Source of the DNA: Candidatus Marinacidobacterales bacterium
Lineage (GTDB): Bacteria > Acidobacteriota > Vicinamibacteria > Marinacidobacterales > DATDRI01
Assembly: GCA_965219415.1 (NCBI GenBank)
Contig: CBDCNP010000002.1
Coordinates: 5,184,001 to 5,248,000 of the forward strand
Direction: 5' to 3'
Length of the DNA: 64,000 bases
Shown here in pieces: positions 20,649 through 31,750 of this stretch. The notes beneath the pieces were generated by a model. The model was given only the letters and a program-made list of their open reading frames with translations, was not told the origin of the DNA and did no database searches. The translations under genes were made by a program, and so were the position numbers. The number at the start of each line of letters is the position of its first letter. Position 1 is the first letter of the stretch.

Positions 20649-22226
20649 TTACCTAACGCTGATCTGATGTTTTTCCAGAATGGTTCCGGTTACGCGCCGA
20701 TAGGCCACGATCGATTTGTTGTAGTCGATCACCGATTGTAGATACTCGCCGGCCGCAACGGCCAGGTCGCGTTGCGCCTGGACGATGAGGAAGCTCGTCG
20801 ACATCCCCACTTCGAACTTTTTTTGCTCCGCCTCGAGTCGCCTGAACATGAGCTCTTGTGCCACTCGGTTGGACTCGATGCGCTTGCGGTTGGTTTGCAC
20901 CAGTCGCGCCGTGATGCGAACTTCCTGAGCGACAACGAGCTCCTGACTTTCGAGAACGGCTCGCTGTCGTCGGTAATCCGCTTGTGCTTGAGCGTGGGCC
21001 GCATCGGCGGAACTATTGAACAAAGGATACGAAAAAACGAGGCCGAGGGTCCAGTCCCGAAACTCGTTGCTAAAGAGTTGATCCAAGGAGTCGCTGTAAC
21101 CACCGGGAATCAAGTCCACCACGTCTTCGCCGCCGAAACCCTCCCTCAGAATCTGGTCTCCACCCAATCCCGTGAGTGTGTAAGAGCCGACGAGGTCCAC
21201 CTGGGGAAGCTTTTGGTTCTTGGTATAGCGAACGTTGAAGTTGCGCGTGTCCAGTTCGACACGAGACTCAGAAATCACCGGTCTTCGCGCCAGCGCGGTT
21301 CGGACCGCCTCGTCGAGCTCGATCTCGACTTCCGACAATTGGGGGTCATCGGCGGGCTCGATTTGGAGACCCCAGAAATCCGAAGAGCCCGGATCGTTGA
21401 TGAGACGCCGCATCTCATCGGTGGTCCGAGCGATCGCTTCTTCCGAGACAATCACTCCATTCTCGCGGGCTGCCATCTCCGCCTGCGCTTCCAGCACATC
21501 GATGGGCGCCATCGTGCCCACCTCGACCTGAATCTGATTGTTGCGGAGTAGGTCTCTGGCCAGCTGAAGCGATTTCTGGTTCACGTCGAGGTCGCGGATG
21601 CTAAAGACCCAGTCCCAATAGGCCTGTTCCACGTCCCGCACCAGATCCATCACCTCGCCTTGAAATTGATGGCGGGCAATCCGTTCGCCGTTCTGCGCAA
21701 CCACGATCTGTTGCTTGATCGGGTTCAACTGTCGATTCTGTAGAACCGGCTGCGCGATCTGTGCACTGAGCGCGCTGTCGAAGCGAGGATTAAAGGAGAA
21801 AAAAATGTTGTTGGTGCTGGCACGGAGGTTCTCGAAGGTGATGAAGTAGTTCCCTCCGGTGGGAAGCTCCTGCTGCCAAGAGAAATTGAATGCGGTATTG
21901 ATGTTGCTCAGCGTGTCGGCACCGGAAAGCTGACTCGAGGCTGGGGCGCGGCTTCTCAGATTGTTGAAATCGGCACTAAAGAGGGGATTATAGGCTCCCT
22001 TTGCACGACCAACGTTCTCGCCCTGAGCCTGATAGCCGAGTCGGGCAATGACGACATCCAGGTTGTTCTCCAACGCCATTTCGATGGCCTGCTGCATGGT
22101 GAGCTTCAGTGTATCGGCTCGAACGGCCTGGGCTGGCCCGTGGGCAAGCGTTGGCGCGTTTAGGGGAGCGTTCATGAAGAGTAAGCTTAAGGCGACTCCA
22201 AGATGTAGGGTGTAATTCCGTTTCAT
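20649..22226 (-). CDS. TolC family outer membrane protein
   Basis: Signal peptide; AIEMALENN, VEQAYW, EQKKFEVG; two OEP halves. Confidence 0.92.
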   Translation of the reverse strand: MKRNYTLHLGVALSLLFMNAPLNAPTLAHGPAQAVRADTLKLTMQQAIEMALENNLDVVIARLGYQAQGENVGRAKGAYNPLFSADFNNLRSRAPASSQLSGADTLSNINTAFNFSWQQELPTGGNYFITFENLRASTNNIFFSFNPRFDSALSAQIAQPVLQNRQLNPIKQQIVVAQNGERIARHQFQGEVMDLVRDVEQAYWDWVFSIRDLDVNQKSLQLARDLLRNNQIQVEVGTMAPIDVLEAQAEMAARENGVIVSEEAIARTTDEMRRLINDPGSSDFWGLQIEPADDPQLSEVEIELDEAVRTALARRPVISESRVELDTRNFNVRYTKNQKLPQVDLVGSYTLTGLGGDQILREGFGGEDVVDLIPGGYSDSLDQLFSNEFRDWTLGLVFSYPLFNSSADAAHAQAQADYRRQRAVLESQELVVAQEVRITARLVQTNRKRIESNRVAQELMFRRLEAEQKKFEVGMSTSFLIVQAQRDLAVAAGEYLQSVIDYNKSIVAYRRVTGTILEKHQISVR

Positions 22227-22378
22227 TTCGCTTCCTCTTGTATACAAATGATTTAGTTGGTCAAAGGCCCCACGAGCCCGACCCCACTATACACATACGC
22301 TCTAAACATGTGATTTGTTTCGGCCATTCTAGTACGGATGACCTTTCATTTGGAATGCCGAGTTGGTAGGCTCTCACC

Positions 22379-22981
22379 ATGTCGCCTGACGACCTGATCG
22401 GCCACGCAAAACGTGAAGGAGCCCTCCTAGAGGGACACTTTCTCCTGTCGTCCGGCCTCCACAGCCCATCCTATTTCCAATGCGCCCGCCTTCTGGCGCA
22501 GCCCGAGCTCGCCCGTGAGCTCGGCGGCGCGCTGGCTGAGAAGATTGGACCGCAAGGCGCCAACTTCGTCATCGCTCCTGCCCTGGGCGGAATCCTGGTC
22601 GCGCACGAGGTGGCACGGGCGCTAGGGGTGAGGGCGCTCTTCGCGGAGCGGGATCCCGCCTCGGGTCGCCTGACGCTTCGGCGCGGGTTCGCGATCGAGC
22701 CGGGTGAGACGGCTGTCGTCCTCGAGGACGTCGTGACCACCGGCCGTTCCCTTCGCGAGACGGTGGAGGTCGTCGAGGCCCACGGTGGCAAGGTCATTGC
22801 AACCGGCGCATTGGTAGATCGCGGCGGAGAACAGAGGGGCACGGACGGCATGCCTTTCTTTTCGCTAGCACAACTCGACTTCGCCACGTACGAGCCGGCC
22901 GATTGTCCACTCTGCCGAGCCGGCTCGACCGCGATCAAACCCGGGAGCCGCCCCCAATCGCCTGACATTTTGACGGCCTGA
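22379..22981 (+). CDS. pyrE: orotate phosphoribosyltransferase
   Basis: GHFLLSSGLHS, EDVVTTG, KPGSR. Confidence 0.96.
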   Translation: MSPDDLIGHAKREGALLEGHFLLSSGLHSPSYFQCARLLAQPELARELGGALAEKIGPQGANFVIAPALGGILVAHEVARALGVRALFAERDPASGRLTLRRGFAIEPGETAVVLEDVVTTGRSLRETVEVVEAHGGKVIATGALVDRGGEQRGTDGMPFFSLAQLDFATYEPADCPLCRAGSTAIKPGSRPQSPDILTA

Positions 22982-23005
22982 CAGCCTGACAGTAGGCGGA
23001 CCGAG

Positions 23006-23767
23006 ATGCCTCACTACCGCGTAACCCTCTCCTATGACGGCACCGAGTATCTGGGATGGCAACTCCAACCGCAGGGCGAGACGATTCAAAGCCGGCTGCA
23101 GGCGGCTCTCGAAACCATGGACGGTAAGCCGGTCAAGGTGGTCGGCGCCGGTAGAACCGACGCCGGCGTCCATGCCCAGGGACAGGTCGCACACTTCCAA
23201 CTCGAAACAAACATTCCCCCTTCGGGTCTGTTGAAAGGAATGAACTCGATCCTGCCTGCCGACATCCGAGTCCTCGAAGCGGAGCTCGCACCAGAAGACT
23301 TCCACGCGCGGCATAGCGCTCGTTCCAAGACCTATCAGTACTTTATGGATCTCTCACCCGTCGCCACGCCTTTTCGGACCCGTTACACGCTGCATCACGC
23401 CTATTCTCTGGATCGAGATGCCATGTCCCACGCCGCGGAGCGATTCCTCGGACGGCGGGACTTCGAAGCGTTCCGCGCGTCTTCCTGCGAAGCCAAGACC
23501 ACGGAAAGAGAGTGCACGACGTCCCGTTTCTCCGGGGACGGGAAGGAGCTCGTATACGAGATCGCGGCCAACGGATTCCTACACCGTATGGTGCGAAACA
23601 TCATGGGCACCCTTCTCGAGGTTGGCCGCGGAAAGCTCACCGCCGAGGATATCGATGGGCTCTTCGCGGCAAGGGACAGAACTCGATCGGGCCCCACGGC
23701 ACCGGCTCGTGGCCTGCACTTGATCCGGGTTGACTACGCTAATCAGCATCGATCCGTCCAGCTGTAG
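23006..23767 (+). CDS. truA: tRNA pseudouridine(38-40) synthase
   Basis: YDGTEYLGWQ, GAGRTDAGVHA, FLHRMVR, TAPARGL. Confidence 0.97.
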   Translation: MPHYRVTLSYDGTEYLGWQLQPQGETIQSRLQAALETMDGKPVKVVGAGRTDAGVHAQGQVAHFQLETNIPPSGLLKGMNSILPADIRVLEAELAPEDFHARHSARSKTYQYFMDLSPVATPFRTRYTLHHAYSLDRDAMSHAAERFLGRRDFEAFRASSCEAKTTERECTTSRFSGDGKELVYEIAANGFLHRMVRNIMGTLLEVGRGKLTAEDIDGLFAARDRTRSGPTAPARGLHLIRVDYANQHRSVQL

Positions 23768-23803
23768 TACTGGATTCTTCTGTCGGTGTGATAGAACTCG
23801 ACA

Positions 23804-24650
23804 ATGGACTTGGGAAGGATGTCGCGCTCGAGCATTACCGTTCTTGTAATCTCACTGCCTTTTGCGGCAATTGTCATCATTTTCTCTCAGCTATCGTTAC
23901 ATGCGGGGCACGAACCTCCACGGACTCTCGGCAGCCTTTCTGCCAATAGCGGCCGTACCGGTGTTTATCGCGTGGCAGAACAGCGCTTATCAAGTAGTCC
24001 GAGGGTTTCGCGCGATGGCCCTATCCGGCCAGGGGGGGCTGGCGAGCGTGACCGAAATCATCCTTGCATCCAAACCGCTTCGCCCGGCTCGGGCACCTCT
24101 CTAGCTTGAGCATTCTCGTCTTCGTCTTCCTTGCAGGAATCTTCGTGCTCAGAAAGAAACCTCGCGCTACTGCGCCGCTTGCTTCACGACCACGAACGTT
24201 AGTCATGATGGGTTTGGCCGTTACGTGTATCGCTGAACGGGGGTTGCCACCGAGCTTGGAACTACTACCATCGTGCTGCCTCTGCCGGTCGTCGTACCAG
24301 CCGACCTGCTACACGACCCAGGCGCACCAATGATGAAGAGGGCTTTTGATACTTTGGATCTTGACAACGCCAACATTGCGTCCGTCTCCGACGCGATAAG
24401 TCGGCGATTGGTGGTTACCGGCGCAGTCTGTTTCTTTTCCCTCGGTCTGTGTTTCCTCGCGTTCGTTATGAACTGGACACTCTCGCTTTCTTCCTCATTC
24501 TCTCGGGCGTTTTTGATACTAAGCGTAGCGATGGCCGGTCTTGCGCTCGTGGCAACACTACTTCAATTGGGCCGCCAACACCGTCTCGAGACCGAGATTT
24601 CGTATCTGCTGGAGCGAAGCTCAACCCTGCATGCCACGCCAGTACAGTGA
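23804..24650 (+). pseudogene. frameshifted multi-TM membrane protein
   Basis: Hydrophobic segments continue across ORFs 23804, 23862, 24064 and 24273 in changing frames. Confidence 0.55.
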
Positions 24651-24691
24651 ACGAACTCAAGAAGATCCCAGCCCCTGGCAAGCTGCTGCAG

Positions 24692-25036
24692 TCATGCCGC
24701 CCCGACCAGGACTAGAATCTTTGCCAGCACATCCGCGACGACACCCTTCGGCGCCGGGCAGATCTCCTTCGCTCGGCGCGAACGCCAGTCCAGGCTCTTG
24801 ATTTGATCCGAGAGAACGGCGCCTTCGATCTCGAGTCCGGCCGGTAGCACGACTTCGAAGGGGTATCCCTTCACCCTCGACGTAACCGGGCAAAAAAGGG
24901 CCAACCCAACTTTGCGGTTATACGCTTTCGGTGAAACGACGAGAGCCGGTCGGCGACCCGCCTGTTCGTGACCGGCGCGAGGATCGAACTGCAGCCAGAC
25001 AAGATCACCGCGCGCCGGGACATACGCCTTCGGCAC
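24692..25036 (-). CDS. mazF: MazF/PemK endoribonuclease toxin
   Basis: YVPARGDLVW, FDP.AGHEQAGRRPALV, KGYPFEV, DQIKSLDW. Confidence 0.96.
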   Translation of the reverse strand: MPKAYVPARGDLVWLQFDPRAGHEQAGRRPALVVSPKAYNRKVGLALFCPVTSRVKGYPFEVVLPAGLEIEGAVLSDQIKSLDWRSRRAKEICPAPKGVVADVLAKILVLVGAA

Positions 25037-25278
25037 TACCAGACTTCCTCACCGGTGGCTCTGCCGCTCTCGACCTCCGAGTGGAGATTGCGTTTGGAGA
25101 CTCCCTCGAGAAGCTCATCAAGCGTGTACGTCGGTTGCTCCGAAGGCCGAATGACCAGTTCCCCGTCCCGCAGCGAGAGATCGACTGTCGATCCCTCTTG
25201 GACTCTAGCTTCGAGGGCGATGGTCTTTGGAATGCGAAGCCCCAGGCTATTCCCCCACTTCTGAATTTTGGTGTGCAG
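25036..25278 (-). CDS. mazE: MazE/AbrB family antitoxin with apparent CTG start
   Basis: KWGNSLGLRIP, YTLDELL, H.EV..G...GEEVW; SD GAGGAGG lies 5 nt before CTG. Confidence 0.9.
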   Translation of the reverse strand: MHTKIQKWGNSLGLRIPKTIALEARVQEGSTVDLSLRDGELVIRPSEQPTYTLDELLEGVSKRNLHSEVESGRATGEEVW

Positions 25279-25290
25279 ACTCGCCTCCTC

Positions 25291-25331
25291 TTGTATATAC
25301 AAAGTATATACAATCACCTTCTAGGCGTCAA
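25291..25331 (-). promoter_or_regulatory. mazEF promoter with palindromic operator
   Basis: TTGACG-N17-TATACT; perfect inverted repeat TTGTATATAC-N3-GTATATACAA (25291-25313) overlaps the -10. Confidence 0.85.
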
Positions 25332-25360
25332 ACCGGCGTCCTGCCCGGTTCATAGCAGCA

Positions 25361-25442
25361 ACCGCCGCCTGGCTAGCCCGATATTGGCAACTGGCTATTT
25401 TGGCGGCCAGCAGGTATTTGAGTGACGCCAACTGGACGCCCC
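25361..25442 (-). repeat. repeat copy, inverted partner of 31468-31526
   Basis: rc GGGCGTCCAGTTGGCGTCACTCAAATACCTGCTGGCCGCCAAAATAGCCAGTTGCCAA..CTAGCCAGGCGGCGG. Confidence 0.8.
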
Positions 25443-25474
25443 TCAGCGGAGAATCGAATGCCGCCCACTCTTCC

Positions 25475-25681
25475 CTATTCATCAAGGATCTGGATCGTCG
25501 TCGACGCACGAACCTCCTCGTCGCTGGCCCCGGGAGGCAAGATCGGCGTCTTGAAGACGAAGACTCTTCCCTGGGGCAAACTCTCGTCCGCGGAGCGGAT
25601 CACCCGCGCTCTGGTCTCGATAAACGGGTCCCCGGCGTCGAATCGGACCCCAGACGTCACACACATTTCTGATCTCCTCAT
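25475..25681 (-). CDS. small hypothetical protein
   Basis: Two SD-like motifs before in-frame ATGs; no recognisable domain. Confidence 0.4.
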   Translation of the reverse strand: MRRSEMCVTSGVRFDAGDPFIETRARVIRSADESLPQGRVFVFKTPILPPGASDEEVRASTTIQILDE

Positions 25682-25795
25682 TGTCCTAGCCTCCTACCGA
25701 GGAGTGACGACAAAATCGAGCCTTTCCCTCCTCCATGGATCGGAGTGCCTCATATGTTCTTGATCCGCTCCCACGCAGAACGCTAACCTGTCGGG

Positions 25796-28700
25796 ATGGG
25801 CTCTCGACAAAACAGCCGTCCTATACAGCGTCGAAAGGTTTCTGCCGACGCCGTAATCCGGATCCGAGGAGCCCGTCAGAACAACCTCAAGGGCATCGAT
25901 CTAGATCTCCCGCTTGGCGCCCTGGTGGCGGTGACCGGCGTCTCCGGCTCGGGCAAGTCCTCGCTGGCGTTCGACACCCTTTACGCAGAGGGCCAGCGAC
26001 GATACGTGGAGAGCTTTTCCACCTATGCCCGTCAGTTCCTCGACCGCATGGACAAGCCGGCCGTCGGCCGCATCGAAGGAATCCCCCCCTCCATTGCAGT
26101 CGACCAAAGCAATCCGGTGAAGAACTCGCGCTCCACCGTCGGCACGATGACCGAGATCACCGACCACGTGAAACTGCTCTTCTCCAAGCTGGCGGAGCTC
26201 TACTGCCGCGAATGCGGCCAAACGGTCGACAGGGACTCGGTAGACTCGATCCTCGAAAAACTGCTCAGCGAGTTCGGCGGCATTCGACTTCTCATCACAT
26301 TCCCACTTCGAGTACCGAGGAAAACCAGTACCGAGGAAGTCGAGTCCAGCCTTGTGGGACTTGGCCTACGCCGCCTTCTGGTCGACGGAAAGATCCAGGA
26401 GATCTCTCGGAAGCTGCTGGCTCGACTCCGCGACAAACCGATAGCCGTTGTTGTCGACCGAACGACCAGCAAACCCGAAGGCCGAGAGAGGTTGGCGGAC
26501 TCCGTCGGACAGGCGCTTCATTTCGGCAAGGGGCACGTCAGCGTTTTGATTGATAGGGGAAAAGCGCTCGAAGAAGTCCCCTTCAGCGAGCATTTCCACT
26601 GCGCGACGTGTGACATCCACTACCCCGATCCGGTTCCGAACCTCTTCTCCTTCAACAACCCGCTGGGAGCCTGCGAAAACTGCAAGGGTTTCGGTCGCAC
26701 CATTGGCATCGATCTCGAGTTGGTCATCCCCGACCCGAGAAAGACTTTGCGACAAGGGGCCATCAAGCCGTGGACCACCGCCGCCTACCGCGAAGGTCAA
26801 GAAGACCTGTTGGCCTATTGCCGGCGCAAACGCATCCCGGCGGACGCTCCGTGGGCGAAGTTGTCCCGAAAGCAACAACGCCAGGTCATAGAAGGCGACC
26901 GAAGCTTCTACGGTATCGAAGGCTTCTTCAAGTGGCTCGAAACTCGTACGTACAAAATGCACATCCGCGTGCTTCTGTCGAAGTACCGGAGCTATGTGCG
27001 ATGCGAGTCGTGCGGCGGGACACGATTCAAGAAAGAGACGCTGCTCTATCGGCTTGGCGGAAGAACCGTTGCCGAGATCTACGCGGCTGACATCGAGGAA
27101 ACACTCGATTTTTTCACTCGGTGGCCGAGTCGTCCGGGCGATCGTGTGGCGGAGATGCTGCTCGACGAGATCGAAAGCCGGCTAACTTACCTACGCGATG
27201 TAGGCCTCGGGTATCTGACACTCGATCGTCAGTCCCGAACACTCTCCGGAGGCGAGGTCCAGAGGGTGGATCTCACGACCGCGCTCGGCTCCTCTCTGGT
27301 CAACACGCTTTACGTGTTGGACGAGCCTTCCGTCGGCTTGCACCCAAGGGACACCTCGCGGCTCATGGACATCCTGAAACGGCTGCGCGACAACGACAAC
27401 ACCATCGTGGTCGTGGAGCACGAGCCGGAAGTGATTCGGCGCGCCGATCGAGTCGTGGATCTCGGCCCGGGTGCCGGCGAGCGAGGCGGCAAGTTGGCCT
27501 TTTTCGGAACGCCGGCCGAGCTCGTGAAATCCGCGAACACCTTGACCGGAAAGTACCTCTCCGGTCGCTTGCGCATTCCATGGCGGACTTCCCGGCGCAA
27601 AGGACGCAAGGGGCAGGCGATTCGCATCCGCGGGGCCAAACAGAACAATCTTCAAAACGCCGACGTCGAAATCCCGCTCGGGATCATGGTCGCTGTCACC
27701 GGGGTCTCGGGCTCCGGCAAGAGCACCCTGATCGAGGACATCCTCTATCGCGGATATCGGAAGTGGAAAGGCAAAGGGACGGGCGAGCCGAGCGCCTGCG
27801 ACGGCCTCGACGGCTTGGAGTTGATCGAAGACATGGTCCTCGTCGACCAGTCGCCTATCGGTAGAACGCCTCGCTCGAACGCCCTCACGTATCTCAAGGC
27901 CTATGCGCCCATACGACAGCTCTTTGCCTTGACCCGTACGGCTCGCGACCGCGGCTTCTCCGCTAGCACGTTCAGCTTCAACGTGGACGGTGGTCGCTGC
28001 CCCCTTTGCTCCGGAGACGGGTTCGAAAAAGTCGAGATGCAGTTCCTCTCCGACGTCTACGTGACCTGCGAGTCGTGTGGCGGGGCCCGGTTCAAGCGAG
28101 AGGTGCTCGAGGTTCGGTTTCGCGAGAAGAACATTCAAGACGTGCTCGAGATGACGGTGACGGAAGGGATTCGCTTCTTCGCTGGATGGGAGAAGATCGT
28201 GACTCCCTTGGAGGTGCTGCGTGGGGTGGGGCTCGGGTATCTGCGTCTCGGTCAACCGGTCAACACTCTATCCGGCGGTGAGGCCCAGCGATTGAAGCTG
28301 GCCTACCACATGAGCGGTGCGGTCGCGGAAGGAACGCTGTTCTTATTCGACGAGCCGACCACCGGACTACACTTCGACGACATCCGCGTCCTCCTATCCG
28401 CGTTCGACAAACTTCTCGCGCGAGGTGCCAGCATCCTGGTCATCGAGCACAATATGGACGTCGTGAAAAACGCCGATTGGGTGATCGACCTGGGGCCGGA
28501 GGGGGGCGACGCCGGTGGACGGGTCGTTGCAACAGGGACTCCGGAACAGATAGTGCGATCGCGCGCGTCCCAAACCGGACGATACCTGGCGCCTTACTTG
28601 AAACAGAAGCCACCTCGCATCGCATCTTCACCACTTCCTCGTCAGGAGGTCGACACCGGGGCGGTTCGCGTCATTGGCGCCCGTCATCACAACCTAAAAA

Positions 28701-31444
28701 ACGTCACCGTCGACACGCCCCGTGATCAGATGGTCGTCGTCACTGGCCTCTCCGGTTCAGGCAAGAGCACGTTGGCATTCGATATCCTGTTCGCGGAAGG
28801 CCAGCGGCGATTCATCCAAAGCCTCTCCGCATACGCCCGCCAGTACATCCGCGTGATGGACAAACCGGAGCTCGATTTGCTCTTGGGTATTCCGCCCACC
28901 GTTTCGATCGAGCAAAGACTCACGCAGGGTGGTCGCACCTCCACCGTCGCCACCACCACCGAGATTTACCACTACCTGCGGCTGCTGTACTCCAAGGTGG
29001 GCGTTCAGCATTGCGTGGAATGCGCCATACCCATCACGCCTCAGACCGAAGATCAGATCGCTAGTGATATGGCTCGCCGGTTCAAGAAAGAGAGAGTGCT
29101 GCTCCTGGCGCCACTGGTACGTGCGCGAAAGGGTTCTCATCGAGAGGTCTTGGAGCGCGCCGCCAAAGAAGGTTTCGAGAAGCTGCGCATCGACAGGAAG
29201 ATGATCCCTACCGCGGCGGCACGCCCACTTCGTCGCTACGTCGAGCACGACATCGAAGCCGTCGTAGCGGAGCTAACCCTGGACGCGGCGACTGCGCCGA
29301 ACGGACGTGCCCAACTTCGACGAGCTCTGGAGCTAGGACGGGGCGCGGTCGTAATGGTAAGCGCCAAGGAAGCCCGCTATTACAATCTAAGGCGAGCCTG
29401 CCCGCGGTGCGAGACCAGCTACGAAGAGCTCGACCCGAGGCTCTTTTCGTTCAACAGCCGCTACGGAGCGTGTCCGGCCTGCCGCGGCATGGGATATCGG
29501 GAAGCGTTCGATCCGGAGCTCGTCGTTTCGGACCGGGGCGTCTCGCTGGATGAAGGGGCGATCGTACCCCTCGTCAATAGCTCCAAGAAATTTCCCCGAA
29601 GCGCCTCGCACTCGGCGCGAGTGCTTCGCATGGCAACGAAGTTGAAGATCGATCGGCGACGGACTTTCGACAAAGTGGCGCGCAAGCAACGGGAAGCTTT
29701 TCTTTTCGGAACCACCGAGCTAGAAGGGGTCCTTCCGTACTTGGAGCGGATCTATACAGAAGCCACGGGCGAGTTAGCCGAGCACCTGCAGCAGTTTCGT
29801 TCTCAAACCCCTTGCTCCGAGTGTGGCGGCGGTCGGCTCAACCGCATCGCCCGCGCCGTACGCTTGAGCGGCCTCGGTATTCATCAGGTCGCAGACCTGA
29901 CGCCCGAAGGAGCACTCCAGTTCTTGTCGGGCGTGGATCTTCAGGGAAGAACTGGCGTCATCGCCGACAATATCCTCAAAGAGATTACCGCGCGCCTTTC
30001 TTTTCTCTTGCAAGTTGGCCTTTCCTATCTTCAGTTGTCCCGACGGAGCGACACGCTCTCGGGAGGAGAGGCGCAGCGTATTCGTCTCGCGGCGCAACTC
30101 GGCTCGAACCTGAGGGGCGTTTGTTACATTCTCGACGAACCGACCATCGGTCTTCACGTTCGAGACAATCGGGTGCTTTTGAATACCCTGCGTCAACTTC
30201 AGCGGGCCGGCAATTCAGTGGTCATCGTCGAGCACGATGAAGACACGATCCGTCAAGCGGATCATGTGATCGACCTCGGCCCGGGAGGAGGAGCCGCGGG
30301 TGGCGAAGTGGTCGCAGTAGGAAGCCCCGCCGAGATCGAAGCAAATCCCCACTCGCTGACTGGCCGGTTTCTGAAACGCAAGAACGGTGTGCCAACGAGG
30401 CGGCCGCGATCTCTCGAAGGCTGTTCCTTCGTAACCATACGCGGAGCGAAAGAGCACAACCTGAAGAATATCCGCGTGCGGTTCCCCACCGGTCGGCTGA
30501 GTGTCGTCACCGGTGTTTCGGGGTCGGGAAAGAGCACCTTGGTCCGTGACATCCTCTATCGCGCCGTTCGCCGCAAGCTGACGGGGAGCGGAGGACGGGT
30601 CGGCGAGCACCGGGAAGTCACTGGGGCCGATGCCTTCACGCGCGTTCTCGAGGTCGATCAAACCCCGATCGGAAAAACACGACGCTCCATTCCCGCCTCT
30701 TATGTCGGCTTTTTCGACGAAATCAGAAAACTGTTCGCCTCGACTCCGGAAGCCCGCATGCTCGGGTACGCGCCCGGTCGGTTCTCTTTCAACGTCAAAG
30801 GCGGCCGATGCGAAAATTGTACGGGCCAAGGCCGGATAAAGATGGAGATGAGTTTTTTGCCCAACGTCTACGTCCACTGCGAGGTCTGCGACGGCCGGAG
30901 ATACAACGAGGAAACCCTCTCGGTCACGTACCGCGGCAAGAACATTCATCAGGTTCTAGAGATGACGTTCACGGAATCCGAGGAGCTCTTCCGTCCGATA
31001 GAGCCGATACATCGGCCGCTTCGAATCCTCAACGAGATGGGGCTCGGCTACCTTACGCTCGGGCAACCGTCGAACACTCTGTCCGGCGGCGAAGCGCAAC
31101 GGATCAAGCTCGCCTACGAGCTTGCAAAACCCAGCCGTGGTTCGACGCTGTACGTGCTCGATGAGCCGACCACCGGTCTACACATGGCGGATATCGAGAA
31201 ACTGGTGGGTTCGCTCCAGTCGTTGGTTGACCAAGGGAACACGGTCGTCGTGATCGAGCACAATCTGGAAGTCGTCCGAGAAGCCGATTGTGTCGTCGAT
31301 CTCGGACCCGAAGGAGGGGAGCAAGGAGGCCGCTTGGTCGCCTGGGGACCGCCGGCCGAAGTCGCCGCCATGGGTGAGACCTCCTACACCGCTCGCTTCT
31401 TGAAGAAGTACCTCCGAAGCTTTCCTGTCTCGGCCTCCGCCTAG
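25796..31444 (+). CDS. uvrA: excinuclease ABC subunit A, tandem double-length form
   Basis: Four Walker A motifs (G[VL]SGSGKS) and four LSGGE signatures, zinc fingers, 1882 aa. Confidence 0.95.
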   Translation: MGSRQNSRPIQRRKVSADAVIRIRGARQNNLKGIDLDLPLGALVAVTGVSGSGKSSLAFDTLYAEGQRRYVESFSTYARQFLDRMDKPAVGRIEGIPPSIAVDQSNPVKNSRSTVGTMTEITDHVKLLFSKLAELYCRECGQTVDRDSVDSILEKLLSEFGGIRLLITFPLRVPRKTSTEEVESSLVGLGLRRLLVDGKIQEISRKLLARLRDKPIAVVVDRTTSKPEGRERLADSVGQALHFGKGHVSVLIDRGKALEEVPFSEHFHCATCDIHYPDPVPNLFSFNNPLGACENCKGFGRTIGIDLELVIPDPRKTLRQGAIKPWTTAAYREGQEDLLAYCRRKRIPADAPWAKLSRKQQRQVIEGDRSFYGIEGFFKWLETRTYKMHIRVLLSKYRSYVRCESCGGTRFKKETLLYRLGGRTVAEIYAADIEETLDFFTRWPSRPGDRVAEMLLDEIESRLTYLRDVGLGYLTLDRQSRTLSGGEVQRVDLTTALGSSLVNTLYVLDEPSVGLHPRDTSRLMDILKRLRDNDNTIVVVEHEPEVIRRADRVVDLGPGAGERGGKLAFFGTPAELVKSANTLTGKYLSGRLRIPWRTSRRKGRKGQAIRIRGAKQNNLQNADVEIPLGIMVAVTGVSGSGKSTLIEDILYRGYRKWKGKGTGEPSACDGLDGLELIEDMVLVDQSPIGRTPRSNALTYLKAYAPIRQLFALTRTARDRGFSASTFSFNVDGGRCPLCSGDGFEKVEMQFLSDVYVTCESCGGARFKREVLEVRFREKNIQDVLEMTVTEGIRFFAGWEKIVTPLEVLRGVGLGYLRLGQPVNTLSGGEAQRLKLAYHMSGAVAEGTLFLFDEPTTGLHFDDIRVLLSAFDKLLARGASILVIEHNMDVVKNADWVIDLGPEGGDAGGRVVATGTPEQIVRSRASQTGRYLAPYLKQKPPRIASSPLPRQEVDTGAVRVIGARHHNLKNVTVDTPRDQMVVVTGLSGSGKSTLAFDILFAEGQRRFIQSLSAYARQYIRVMDKPELDLLLGIPPTVSIEQRLTQGGRTSTVATTTEIYHYLRLLYSKVGVQHCVECAIPITPQTEDQIASDMARRFKKERVLLLAPLVRARKGSHREVLERAAKEGFEKLRIDRKMIPTAAARPLRRYVEHDIEAVVAELTLDAATAPNGRAQLRRALELGRGAVVMVSAKEARYYNLRRACPRCETSYEELDPRLFSFNSRYGACPACRGMGYREAFDPELVVSDRGVSLDEGAIVPLVNSSKKFPRSASHSARVLRMATKLKIDRRRTFDKVARKQREAFLFGTTELEGVLPYLERIYTEATGELAEHLQQFRSQTPCSECGGGRLNRIARAVRLSGLGIHQVADLTPEGALQFLSGVDLQGRTGVIADNILKEITARLSFLLQVGLSYLQLSRRSDTLSGGEAQRIRLAAQLGSNLRGVCYILDEPTIGLHVRDNRVLLNTLRQLQRAGNSVVIVEHDEDTIRQADHVIDLGPGGGAAGGEVVAVGSPAEIEANPHSLTGRFLKRKNGVPTRRPRSLEGCSFVTIRGAKEHNLKNIRVRFPTGRLSVVTGVSGSGKSTLVRDILYRAVRRKLTGSGGRVGEHREVTGADAFTRVLEVDQTPIGKTRRSIPASYVGFFDEIRKLFASTPEARMLGYAPGRFSFNVKGGRCENCTGQGRIKMEMSFLPNVYVHCEVCDGRRYNEETLSVTYRGKNIHQVLEMTFTESEELFRPIEPIHRPLRILNEMGLGYLTLGQPSNTLSGGEAQRIKLAYELAKPSRGSTLYVLDEPTTGLHMADIEKLVGSLQSLVDQGNTVVVIEHNLEVVREADCVVDLGPEGGEQGGRLVAWGPPAEVAAMGETSYTARFLKKYLRSFPVSASA

Positions 31445-31467
31445 GGAGAGCGCGCCCTAGATTCTGC

Positions 31468-31526
31468 AGGGCGTCCTGGTCGGCATCACTCAGCGCCTGC
31501 TCGCCGCCAAAATACCCAGTTGCCAA
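31468..31526 (+). repeat. repeat copy, inverted partner of 25384-25442
   Basis: GGGCGTCCTGGTCGGCATCACTCAGCGCCTGCTCGCCGCCAAAATACCCAGTTGCCAA. Confidence 0.8.
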
Positions 31527-31750
31527 TCTCGAGCTTCCTGCACGAGCGCCGTACCCATAGGCACAACAACACTTGGACACATTACACCAGGCGCCGAAGA
31601 CCACCTGAGCATCCTCGAGGCGCTTTGGTATCATCCGCAGGCGAGTACAGTTCTCAATCACGGCACGCTCCCGAATGACATCGGCCCTTGAAAAAAATAG
31701 ACGCCCGATTTGCGTCGGCACCAAGCCGTTCAATTTGGTAGTAATAGAAA

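Noticed and set aside
25384-25404. sigma54 promoter in repeat block D (TTGGCA..TTTTGGCG)
   Set aside because: GG to GC spacing does not fit -24/-12
27191-28255. 354-aa antisense ORF and similar shadow ORFs such as 31104-32036 and 37905-38834
   Set aside because: Opposite well-supported genes, no motifs; expected in high-GC DNA
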